From Phoronis australis (Eukaryota > Animalia > Phoronida): a DNA stretch of 64,000 bases. The notes below the pieces were generated by a model. The model was not told the origin of the DNA and did no database searches. It saw nothing but the letters and a program-made list of their open reading frames with translations. Shown one piece after another: positions 40,801 to 52,600 of this stretch (positions are counted from its first letter, which is position 1; the number at the start of each line of letters is the position of its first letter). The stretch covers positions 808,144 through 872,143 of the forward strand of contig NMRA01000046.1 of NCBI GenBank assembly GCA_002633005.1, given 5' to 3'. The position numbers were made by a program, and so were the translations under genes.

Positions 40801-43161
40801 TAACCTCATAGTAGATTTTGGTGTAACTTGATTAAAGGAGCATTATGATGCTGTTAATTTTGAATTCTTAAGCAAAGCGCTTTGGGGTTTAAAAACTAAC
40901 ATGCTCATCTGATCTTGAATTTTTACCAAGTATGCTGGCAACTCGTGCGGTATGCCATTTTTAAATCTGCAATTTTAGGGTTGGCTAACTGTAGTTAATT
41001 CTGAAGGGTTTTCCTGTGTTGCTGGTAGTTTGTAAGTTCTTGGTATTGAAGATAAGAGTCCTATCATGTTTAAGACTGTTATGAGAACGGTTTTGAGTTT
41101 AGTCAGCTATACTGTGCATATGCAGCTTCAGTGCAAGTTGCCGTCATGATGTTTAAGTACCGTATTCGCCGTAATAACCGCCCAGGGCGCTTAGAAAAGT
41201 TCGGTTTAAGGGGGGCGCTTATTATAACCCAAGGCGGTTGAAACCCGGTCTCCGAAACGGGTGAAATCGGAAGCTAAGATTCATCAAATTTACGTTCTTT
41301 GACGTATCTGTAATCTATGAAAGACTTCCAACAAAACTGTGGTGCATTGCTATCAAACTTAGCTGCTAAATTACGATCATTTTANTGTTAATTTTGAATT
41401 CTTAAGCAAAGCGCTTTGGGGTTTAAAAACTACCATGCTCATCTGATCTTGAATTTTTACCAAGTATGCTGGCAACTCGTGCGGTATGCCATTTTTAAAT
41501 CTGCAATTTTAGGGTTGGCTAACTGTAGTTAATTCTGAAGGGTTTTCCTGTGTTGTTGGTAGTTTGTAAGTTCTTGGTATTGAAGATAAGAGTCCTATCG
41601 TGTTAAAGACTGTTATGAGAACGGTTTTGAGTTTAGTCAGCTATACTGTGAATATGCAGCTTCAGTGCAAGTTGCCGTCATGATGTTTAAGTAGTTGGAT
41701 TTTCTTTAGGTCTTATGTTGTGGTCAAAATAAGTTTTCTGCAGTCAAAACAATGATGACCCACCCAGCTCTCTAAGAGTTTCTATAGAAACGTTGACGAA
41801 ATATTTGTTTCCAACGCTAACCTTCTTCTGAGTATTGACTGCTTCAGGACATTGTGATCTCATAGGACTGTGTTCAGTATAGTTAACACTGGAGACCTGT
41901 TTCATTGTGATCTCATAGGACTGTGTTCAGTATATTTAACAGTGGAGACATGTTTCATTTGTTTCTGTACAGTCACAAACCAAAACAAGCTCAGCCCCTG
42001 TTGGCCCCGATTTCAAGCCCACTCAACCTCCGTCTTCAAGCAACAGTCAATCAACAGCTAATAAACCAACGTTCCCAGCCTATTCAGGGGGTGCAACCAC
42101 TGGCCTACTGCCACAAGAGACGAACACTAATGTTACCATATCAGCTGCACCTACCGTGAAGAAAATAGAAGGCTCCAAACTCATCCATCCAGATGAAGAT
42201 ATTTCTTTGGTAAGGTTACTGAATGATTTTATAGTTATCCTTTGACAATGATTTGTTATGGGGCATTGTGTTTCATGTAATATTGACTACTACTTGGATT
42301 CGTACTTTAGCATAGACTAGATGGCTCCAATCTATTCTAGCGCATGATTGTTCATAGAAGTAACTCGCACTACCCACAAGGGCACAGGTTGATTTCATCA
42401 CAATAATTCTCTTTTAATTCCATGTTGATATCTGCTAGGTAATAGTAACATCTATAATATCATTGTTTGCGTATACTGCAGTGATGTTTGTAGTACATGC
42501 GCAGCGCTGAAGCGACATCTATCAAGCTAGTCAACTGGTGTGGCTTTCCAACTCGGGAAGTTGCTACAATTACAAAATGGACTGTTTTCGGCTTGCACGA
42601 AGCTGACTTTGTGGTGGAACGAGGCTAGGTATAATTTTGTATTTCCATTGTGTTTTTACAGGAGGAGAGGCGGGCTAGTTTTGGTAAATACAGGAGCAAG
42701 GGTCGGCCAGCTGGAATGCCTGGTGGCCCAGCACCACCACAGATGATGCAAGGTGAGTTGATAAAAATGAAACGATTGTGCTAGACTATGTCTAAATCAC
42801 CGTTCAGTTTACTGTTGCCCACTTCAGAATCAGTGAGCTCTATTCAAAAAAAATGTTGCATTGTAATCACAATGGCTTTTCTTTGTTAAATTGTTCATTT
42901 TAAAACTCTTGCGAAAATGTTTTTGGTTAATTACTGTGTTTGGTTTGTTAAGCTGTGTGTTTTTGGCTTTAGGAGTGGGTTTGTAGCCATTGTTAAATAT
43001 TGTGCTCTTGTTTTTACAATGTTGTCTAGTTGTGTTTCTTCAAACCTAAGAATACAAAATTTTGTGGTGTTTTTACAGGTCAGATGGGAGTCCGACCTCC
43101 ACTGATGCCCACCCCGCCCATGTTTAGACCTATGATGATGCCAGGAAGCGGCCACTACTAA
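31894..43161 (+). CDS. ZNF207: BUB3-interacting GLEBS-motif zinc finger protein ZNF207/BuGZ, 8 exons, about 359 aa
   Basis: Exons 31894-31934, 36097-36223, 39033-39171, 39758-39955, 40561-40724, 41973-42209, 42662-42752 and 43079-43161 join in frame. N-terminus [60 protein letters not shown], then [10 protein letters not shown], a Pro/Met/Gly-rich region, KPTFPAYS and the GLEBS motif [16 protein letters not shown]. Confidence 0.96.
32180..32790. mobile_element. Degenerate inverted-repeat element in the U12 intron
   Basis: AATTCAAGGACC pairs with GGTCCTTGAATT, and GAGTGGTGATTTG with CAATTCACCACTC. Confidence 0.5.
33915..34115. mobile_element. Small palindromic MITE
   Basis: GTGGAGTAAATGGGTCCCTCTTCAAAAT pairs with ATTTTGAAAAGGGGCCCTGTTTACTCCAC. 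Confidence 0.6.
36599..36893 (+). pseudogene. Frameshifted THAP zinc-finger remnant of the transposon
   Basis: Across frameshifts it reads C..VPACPN...GISFFRLP, then LRKWL...[13 protein letters not shown], the C2CH THAP signature. Confidence 0.7.
37307..37824. mobile_element. MITE nested in the Kolobok-like element
   Basis: TIRs CAGGGCTTGGAA and TTCCAAGCCCTG, flanked by the direct repeat TTATTT. Confidence 0.7.
38000..38145. mobile_element. hAT-like MITE nested in the Kolobok-like element
   Basis: TIRs CAGTGTTGTAGTGG and CCACTACAGCACTG; 8-bp TSD ACTATTAT/ACTGTTAT with one mismatch. Confidence 0.75.
40852..41693 (+). repeat. About 308-bp near-identical direct duplication across an N, with a truncated TACCGTA-type MITE between the copies
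   Basis: 40852-41159 matches 41386-41693 with a few substitutions; the N at 41385 is exactly at the junction. Confidence 0.85.
41850..41960 (+). repeat. About 53-bp tandem duplication just upstream of the ZNF207 exon 6 acceptor
   Basis: CATTGTGATCTCATAGGACTGTGTTCAGTATA.TTAACA.TGGAGAC.TGTTT occurs twice. Confidence 0.85.
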
Positions 43162-43547
43162 TGACTGCGCGGTTTGGTCAATGAACTTTTTTATTAATGC
43201 GCCTTTCCCCAGCCATTCATAGTGATATTTTTATTCCAGTTCCACATATGAATGGTAAGGTTGTACTGTGGTGTTTTGCAGCCAATAAATGGTGCTTACG
43301 GGTTACACTGCTACGCTGAGGTTATGTTAATTTCTTGACGCCAAGAAGATCCAAAGGTATGGCTAGTGGTGTGTAGTTTTACGTCGGTATTGTCCAGGCA
43401 TGCTCACTTGTGTTTTATCAGTTTGGATCAACGAGGACTGTTGGCCCTAACAAGGCAAGTCGATATTGTCTAATGTACTGCTGTGCTATATTCACTCAAT
43501 AAAGTTATCTCCGCCTCAGCCGTGTTGTTATGGACTACAGTAAGTGG

Positions 43548-43879
43548 CAGGCAAGTTGTGTCACAGCCATTGTGCTGTTGGGTAGTCATGCCCCCAACAC
43601 AGTAGTGTTGGTGACGCTTTCCTTTCACTCAACCATCACCAATACCACCATCTAGTGTACAGTACGACGGGTGTTTGACGAGCAGGCAAGTGTGCTCTTG
43701 TCACAGCTAATGTGCTGTTGGGCTCTAAGCCCCCAACACTGGCTTAGTGTTGGTGACTCTTTGTTTCACTATATCGCAGCAACTGGACCATCAGGCGAGC
43801 TGATTGACTCAGGCAAGTGACCTCTGGTCACAGCACTTGCTGTTGGGCTAACGGCCCCCAACATGTTATTGTTGGTGAC
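43548..43879 (+). promoter_or_regulatory. Three-copy structured RNA element (GC-type 5' splice-site motif plus four-way junction) in the ZNF207 3' UTR
   Basis: Units at 43548-43615, 43683-43757 and 43810-43879 share CAGGCAAGT-N3-8-GTCA-CAGC-loop-GCTG-TT-GGGY-loop-GCCC-CCAACA-loop-TGTTGG-TGAC. Stems are conserved while loops and spacers differ. G-U pairs favour the + strand. Function is inferred. Confidence 0.75.
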
Positions 43880-46683
43880 TCAACACTTTGACATTCACAC
43901 TCGTACTTCATTAAATGCGTTTCTGCGAATGCTTGCCTCTCTGTAAATGATTCAGAACCATCATGTAGCTTTTGCTTTCAGATTTGATTTATGGTTATCA
44001 TACTTGAGAACATTAAAGACGTACTGAGAATTTTTTTTCACTGAAATTTCTGAATGCTGGAATATTTTAATAGATTTTAATTCAAGAGAAGGGCGTTTTC
44101 CTCACAAAAGAATTTCCATAATTTTAGACATCTTTAAGATGATCAAGTGCTCTTATTTATTTCAAAGTTGCATTTGTGGTGTATATCTGAAATCTTTCTG
44201 TCTCTAACTATACCACCAATAAGGAAAATGTGAAGTTGTTGAGATTGTAAAATTTAAAACTAATGTGTATTTGATTGAAAACACAAAGTTTATCATTTAT
44301 TGATATACTTTGACATCAACATTTACTGTTAGCTGTAAATGTAGGTGAAAATCTTCAATGTTTTTTTATTTCAAATTTATCTTGCCACCGTTTTTGTTTT
44401 TAGAAATATCAGTGTTTTCAACTGTTGCACTGCAGCCTGCGATAAACCTGGTATGTACGTAATGTACTTGTGTGCACATAACTTTAAGTTGCATTTCGTC
44501 ACTGTCCCGGTCAATGTTGATTTACTAAACAGAGCACTTTGGGGTTTAAAAACATTACCTTGCTCATCCAATCTTAAATTGTTACTGAATGAGCCCTCAA
44601 GCCTCGGGCAATGCACATATGTGCTATTTTCAAATGGGCTAACCCCCAAATAAACTGAAGCATTTTCTTACGCTGCTGGTGGTTTCGATTTACTTGTCAG
44701 TAATGGAAATAGAGTGATCATGGTAAGAATATGAGATTTGATGAGAGGAAAACAATTGTTTTTTTAAGCCAGCTAAACAGGACGAAATGCAGCTTTTAAT
44801 AGATGTTTGTTAACAGCAGATCACATTCAGAAATTGTTCAATCTGGCAATCAATTACAAATCTTATGAAATGGTAGTTAAATCTTGTTTGATGTATTTAA
44901 GAGAGCTCCTCTTTTAGATTTCAATAAATATTTGACCATAAAATGTGTTGTATCTCAATTAAGTAGTTTATTAAGACTCAATATTATCAGCACACAATGT
45001 GTGCATGCAACACAGATGGGCTGTTATTCACGCCTTAAAGCCACTCTGCTGGATTTGAATTTGCATTATCTGCCAATTCAGAATTGCACTTCCCATTTTC
45101 AACAAGTTAGCAATATATCACAAGTTTGCTTTATGAGCTTTGTGTTGAAACGCATTCAGCTGTTGTGATGCAAAGTACAAGTAATCGTAAAGTAATTGCT
45201 CTTCTAGGATAAATGAATACTCATGTTATGTCTGCTTGTATGTTTATCAAACTACAATTTGACTTCACTACATTCATAGTGAGCTATTTCCTACACTGAG
45301 CAATATTAAAACTGCTAAGAAGCATGTTCTGGTATATTATCCTATTTGCATGAATTGGTTGAAAACACCTGGATACTGGTCATACTACATTGACATTTGA
45401 AACTAACCTGTCGTGACAAACGAAACTTCACTCACCTCATCTACAGCAACAACAAACTATCATTTCTTCTTCCTTTAAATTATTTCTAATATGAGTAAGG
45501 AACAAAGTGAGACTATTCTGTTACAGTAGATGGCCTAAATCAAAATATGTTTTTGGCAAAGGTACAGGTTCATTGCCCCATTAAGTAAGGGCCTACAGCT
45601 TATACTGAAAATGTAAGGGGTGAATTGACCCAATGTTTTTGTGTAAAAGGTCCACATTTACATATTTCGTTTAAAACGAAACAATGCTTTTATAGGCCTG
45701 GAAATTGGCAAATTAGACCGTGTGAAACTAGCCTCGTTTAACTGGCATTTTTTACAGTCTCTCTGTTAATCAACAGTCCTAAAGACATTATCACCAAGAA
45801 ATTTAACAACTGTGATAAAACGATGGTATGATATGTACATGATACTTCCATTGTCATAGACTTATTTAGTCAACGATGACCGAATTACTTTGTGAAATGT
45901 ACTATCTTGATTGTTTATTTCGTGGTAATGTCTTTGGAACAGCTCCACAGGTAGTGAGACTGTATCAAAAACTAGCCATTCAACTGGAAATTCCAGTGGT
46001 GTGTTAAATGATACTTGTATGAAAAAAGAGTTGCTGCAAATTTGTATGATTTAACAATCTAAATATAAAACATATGAGGTTCACCTGAGACCTGTAGCTG
46101 TCTGGGAAAAGTTAGCGTTAACCTATCACTTCAAACTGTGAATTAATTCTTCCAACAAGTGCAAAACAAAATTAAGACTTGCCATAATCCTTTCTGTGAA
46201 TTGTAAAGAAGCAGTGTGCACTATAACTGCAGAAAATTGTTAGCATTTTCACATGAGATCAATAATGTGTTTGCAATGAGAGATGAATGGCCGTGTTGAG
46301 CTCTGACTGGGATGGTTTTTGGCTAAACATAAAAAGTTCAATGTAAATACATGTCCATACATAATGGTATTAGTTTTGAGCCTTGGAAGTGCACCATGCA
46401 GCGCCATGTCTGAAAACCATTCTTATTAACGTGACAAAAACTGATCAAATGGAATTCATTGATGGTTTAAACGAAGATTCACCACCGCAAACTTTGATTC
46501 ATTTGAGTTTTGAAGTTTGCGAATTCGGCTTGACCTGGTTAGTACTGCATGGAATTTTATGTACCAGTATATGACACAATCTTTTGAATAATTTCAATGT
46601 TATGCGACTCCTGACACTCATGGATGCAAACATCATCCAGACATCGATGTAAATATCAATCAGTTACTTGTAACGTGCATCAT

Positions 46684-49600
46684 TCAGTGCTGAGTAACCA
46701 TCTTCACCATCTCCAGTGCTGTATAACCAGCATCAGAGGGCACCATGTGACCTGCTGCCAGGATCCAGTAGAATGAGAAGTTCTTGTAAGTCTTAACGAA
46801 TGCTGCTGTCTTCTGGTTTATGTAAATCGGCTTTCTTGTTGACTTGTTGTAGCCCACCAGTCCTGGCCACTTCAATGTTTGAACCCAAGCTTCAGTTCCT
46901 GAAATGCAGGCATGTATAAATGAAAGTGACACTAAACCTGTGATCAATCAAAGAAACTTAATTTTGATTTAAACCACTTGAGCTATAAATTGGCTTCAAC
47001 ATTTTCTTTTTTCAAATGAGAAGTGACTTTTTGGTCAACAAATAAAATGACACATGTGACGAGTCAACTTTTAGAACCTCATCTCAATCAATAACTAAGT
47101 GCCAGAGCTTTGCCAGTCCAGAAATCGCATCTATTTTGACTACAGAACAAACTGAGATCAATTTCATGCCGTTAAGTGGTCTTCATAACAAAATATGACA
47201 AAAGGCGGGTTTAAATACAACAGTCTGAGTAATGATGCCTTTAATCAGCACATATTGTACAAGTAGCAATTGGCAAAAAGTTGCATTACTTTTGACTAAC
47301 AATGTGTGATGGTGTATTACACAAGACTTTGGTACAGGTGTGATGGTGTATTACACAAGACTTTGGTACAGGTGTGATGGTGTATTACACAAGACTTTGG
47401 TACAGGTGTGATGGTGTATTACACAAGACTTTGGTACAGTGTAAGTGATCAACATTGGAGAGACAAACTTCAGTGTCTTCAGACATGGAATTGTGTAACT
47501 TACGCATACTTAATCACAGTACATCACAAATTTGTTTGTCATTTGGTGTAAAGTGTAATTAGTCACATTGCCGTAGTACTACCCATCATGTCTCCCAGTT
47601 TAGTAGTACTACCCATCATGTCTCCCAGTTTAGTAGTACTATCCATCATGTCTCCCAGTTTAGTAGTACTACCCATGGTGTCTCCCAGTTTAGTAGTACT
47701 GCCCATGGTGTCTCCCAGTTTAGTAGTACTATCCATCATGTCTCCCAGTTTAGTAGTACTGCCCATCATGTCTCCCAGTTTATCATGATTCTCAAACAGT
47801 AGCAAAAGCTGTGGGGCTTTCAACAGCTTAAAATCACCAATTTCATATAAAAACACCAAAAACCAAACACACTAGTCGATCAGCTGTCAAACCCACAAAC
47901 ACTATCTGATGACATGTAGATTAGATAACTCAAGTTACAAGCATTTATTGGTTGGAAAATACTACGAAAAATCGGGACAATCTTGGCTCTAGTCATTATC
48001 ATCATTCAGTGTGTTTAGTGTGAAAAGTCGTCAAAATATTGCTGCTAGTATTCCTGTGGTTTATGGTATAATAAGGAATGATGAGGTCTTTGGTTTGTGG
48101 TAGTTGTGACAACTTGGTATTTGACCACGCTGTGACTTTTGACTTTCCCACGGGATGTCGAAGAAGTGGGGATATGGCACATGTTTGTGCAAGAAACTCG
48201 CGCGTTGGTGGAAATGACACACTGATGCTGGGTATGTTCCTATGTCACATTCATGTTGGTGGAGTCCAGAAACTTTCAACTGAAGTCACTTTTCTTTTAA
48301 CTTCTTATTCTTGGGTTACTGAATTAACGATTGTGGTATGCAGTGCTACAAAATAAGGTTTAATGATGTTGACAATGTAGTCACTTGTCAAAACTGGTAA
48401 ATTGTGGTTTTATGCACTTAAACGAAAAAGCAGAGGACCACATTCTCTCTCAAGACTTCAAACTTTATTCAGACCCTCAAAATTTTGTCAGTACTTGCCA
48501 TGGTTACTCCCAGATGCCTAAGATTTACCGTGGTAGCCTGCATGGTAATCCTACTGTATAGTGTATATACAGTCGCATGTGGAGCTATGTTTATTATGAA
48601 AGTTTAAAACAACTGCAGCAACCTATGGTGCACCACGTTTCATCACAAGAGTATGGTTGTGGACTTGCCATCCGTGTGACTATGGATCCTCACCGTTGTT
48701 CCTGATTTCTATCTCTGTAGCTTAACTTAGCTATACATACTTGAGGTAACAATCCAACATGTTATTTAAAAACATCGTGTTAAATGTTATAAGCTCTCCA
48801 ATGTAATATTGAAAAAATGGCTTCAAATTTTTGTAAATTAAACAAGCATTACCTTTCCACCAAAATTAAAAGAATTCCATAATAAAATCCTTTTCTTTTT
48901 CAGAACGATTAGAGCTGCAAAATCACGTTTTGTACAACTTACCCAAGGTATTCACAATAAGATCAAGTTGTCCAGAATATACCACAACTGACAAGTTGGT
49001 TGTTTTGAGAAGTTCATCCACTGAAATGCAAAGCATGTTATCAATGAGAGGAACACAGACAGTGTTGATATGCACCCATTTTTTGTTCATTTTTCATACA
49101 AGAACTTGACATTGAGTCTGTGGGGTGCAGTGCTAGTGATCATCTGAAAATTTACTAATGCAATTCTGGTAGAGTGATGAGACTACAGCAAACATGTAAC
49201 ATAAAGCATTGAAATGTGCCCATGGCATGGTTCTTGGGGTGTTTATTAGTATGCTAAAACTGGCCACTAGGTGGTGCAGAATACATCAAACCCATCCGAT
49301 AACAGGAAAAGGGTAGTTATCTCGTTTATAAAAACCCACTTGCCAATTTCATGAAAATCTGCCAAGGAACTCTGACGATACAAAGGTAAACGTAAAAAAG
49401 TGAAATTGCCACTAAGGGGCACAGTTGTAGTCAGATGTGTCCAAAAGTCGTTATGTTATCAAGTCCATAGAAAAACACTGATGACCCTGCAAGGGGTTAA
49501 GGAGAATCAGCCGTGGATGCAAAAACAAAATTACCACTGGGGCACACCACAGCAGTCTGACCCACTTTTGAGCCTCACAATTAACACAAAATTCATTGGC

Positions 49601-52600
49601 TGCACACAGTTCTGTCTTCAATCCTCCCTTAGAGGCAATGTCATCCACATTTTTTCAGGCACAGCTTGTATTGTTTGTTAGTGATGAGTATAAGTAGCTG
49701 ATGAGCAATGCTGGAAACTACTTTCCAATGAATAGCTCAAGGCTTGGGTTTTTTCTGTCAATATCGTTATTACTTGACTAATTTTGAAAATTTAAGAACG
49801 CACGTAGTCTAATTTAAATCCTCAAATTTTTATCCAGTGGAACCTCTGAAGACTGGGCAATGCAACTTGAACAGATTTCTCGTTTGGCCCATAATTTGCT
49901 TCACCGTTATTCAGGACTCGTTCCACATGGTCCAATACATACGCCATCTATGGTCTTAATTCGTTTAATGTTAGATATTTATTGCCGTGGCTGTTAATCC
50001 AGTCCATTGGGAATGCTGACAATTTACTACTGTTGCTTATCATAAGGTTCTTTATTTCGGTTTGGACAATGGGAAACCACCTTCTGACTGGAGTGTGGAG
50101 AAGTGATCAGGCTGACCAGGCCACATTGGAAAAATTCAAAAGACTTCTCCACACCAATCCTTGTCTTGCTTAAAGGGGATGTTTACAGCATGGAGACGAG
50201 GATTTTTCAGATTAGAAAGGCTAGTTCACACTATCTACGGGGGCCCATCAGTGGTTGCAAAGCAGTGACCAAATTAGCATGCAGAAAAAAATTGGCATGG
50301 AGAAAAAAATGATACCTACCAGTGTTTACCACAGGTTTCATAAATTCTGTTCTCTGGTATTGGAATACCTTTTCAGACTGGCCGCCCCAGGTAACGTTAT
50401 CAGGTATCACTCCAAGCATTTTACGAACTGGACCATTCATAAGAGTAGATAGCTCATCTGGTTGCATATACATGATATGGCGAAGATATGACTTTTCTGA
50501 AATACACATAAAAAAACATGTCACCACTGAATGTGAGCCGCAGTATACATATTTTACAATTACTGACAGAGCTATCAGGTTTTCTTAACTTGTAAAATTC
50601 ATACAAAGAAGGATTTGTCTACAGGCTAGCTTCCACTTATTTTAATACATAGCTCTGATTTCAGAGACTACCGCCTCAAACTGATAAAAATCCATGCTCA
50701 TCTTTGACACAATTTCATGAGTGTACATAATATAGTTTAAATTCAATATATAAATGGACAACCAGTTTCTACAGCTAATCTGTCCTGGTTTGCACATCAA
50801 AGATATGTAAAACTTGGCAGAAACAATTGTTGTGGAAGATTGGCAATTTCTAACTATAGTTTTCTAGTTGAAATATAGCCCAAAATGCTTTTAATAGATA
50901 GTTTCAACTACATGTTTGAATTAGAGCCAACAATGAACTGCAATTTTTGGAAACAACAATCCTTCATTTAACAGGTCATTGTGAGAAAATGTTTTTTTTG
51001 GACAGTTTTTGATGCATAACTCCTTGGTTCACTAATCTTGACACCAGTTTATTTGAAAACTTAAAAGCAAGTAACATTGGCATGTTGCAATGCACTTTCA
51101 AAATACATGAAGTGCCTTTAATAGGGCCATCTCAGATTACACAGCAGCATTCCAATCTGGCTGTGTTTACCCACAATTTTGCCTTATCCGTCAAGCAGTG
51201 TTGAAGCCTGGCGTTTTCGCACTATTAGAGTTCCACATGTTCTTTGTTGCTGTATTCTTTAAAACTGTTATTCTCGGCTACATTACTGGCTTTTCGGTCT
51301 TCAAACATGAGGCAACTCCTATGCTAACATTTGGGGTTTTGCTACCTCAGCGCCTAAGGGAGATCATAGCCAAAATATATGACTAACATGTCCTAATTAA
51401 TTCACAGCCAAACTGGAGAAGAAAACCTACTCACTAATTTCTCTTTAAAAATTCGAACTGAAGACGATAATATTTACTTTTCAATTTATTGTTTAACTTT
51501 TTTTACACTTTGACTCGTATGCTTAACAGAAATGCTGGTTTACAACTGCAATTATTTCATCCAATACATGAATAAAAATGATGCAATACAGAGCAGCATG
51601 AAAATGATGTTTCGAATTAATTAAATATCATCATCACGTACAAACAACAAAATATCATAACAGAATGCTCACTTCACATGACAATGCATGGCACAAGATC
51701 TGTCAACTAAAAATTCTACAACAAGTCCAGCTTATATGATCCAACATGTGCAATGCATTGCGATGTGAAGTGAACATTTTGTTATGATATTTCATTTTGT
51801 GTCTGCTATTGTACCTGATGCTGATTTGGCGGGTTAATTTTGAATCAACAAGAATCTCCTTTCTTGAAGATATCTTTCAATTCTGGTACTTTTTAAACAG
51901 TTGAATCGGGAATACTTCCACCGCAATATAACTTGACGGTTTCCGACATATGACCAGTGAAAATATATCCCTGACCAAAACTAGGTCAATGAAAACAAAG
52001 TACTTTCTTACCTCCAGAACAAAGAAGACTTTCATTACTTTGTAATACCAGATGGGCCTATTGTTTGACATGAAGCTTTTCATAAAAAATTAAAATTAAG
52101 TTGGCTTATGCATTTTGAAAATTTGCCAGTATGTACAGGCAGCTTATGGCCACTTAATTGGTTCTCGGTGGCACTGGACAATGCGGCCATCACACCCGAC
52201 TGTCCTACTCTGGAGTCGCGCACTCTTTGAACCTGGTTAAAGCAGCTCAGAGCACAGATGAAGAATCAGCGTTGAAAATTCCTGCATATCTTTAGAAATG
52301 CATGTTTTCATTGTGAGCAAATTATTCACAGCATGAATACTCACGAATACTGAGGTGCCCAAGGCCATCAAGGTGCTGTTTCAGAAACGACACGCTCTCA
52401 TTCAGAACCACCCATTTTCCAGTCTGTTATGTCAAGAATATCCTAGTGTCTGACACACACACGACATAAGTCAAAACAGTCACTTTATTGAATGACATCA
52501 CTTGTTAACCTGTGATTTCACATTTTGAAAACTGATAACCAATAAATGAGAATTGCATACATTTTAACATTTTAGACATAAGTGTTTTTCTTTTGGGAGG

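Noticed and set aside
43548-43879. The structured repeats as tRNAs, snoRNAs or self-cleaving ribozymes
   Set aside because: The folds are about 55 nt with a 4-bp closing stem. There are no D/T-loop or A/B boxes, no C/D or H/ACA boxes, and no hammerhead (CUGAUGA...GAAA) or HDV-like core.
47563-47859. Repetitive ORFs (KLGDMMGSTT)n and (MSPSLVVLPI)n
   Set aside because: They result from translating a 30-bp minisatellite inside a SCPEP1 intron.
49478-49720. CTGATGA motifs as hammerhead ribozyme cores
   Set aside because: Neither is followed by a proper stem II closed by GAAA, and no stems I and III with an NUH site were found.
49930-50173. Possible LINE ORF2 C-terminal remnant (...TLEKFKRLL)
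   Set aside because: The resemblance is too weak to call without a database search.
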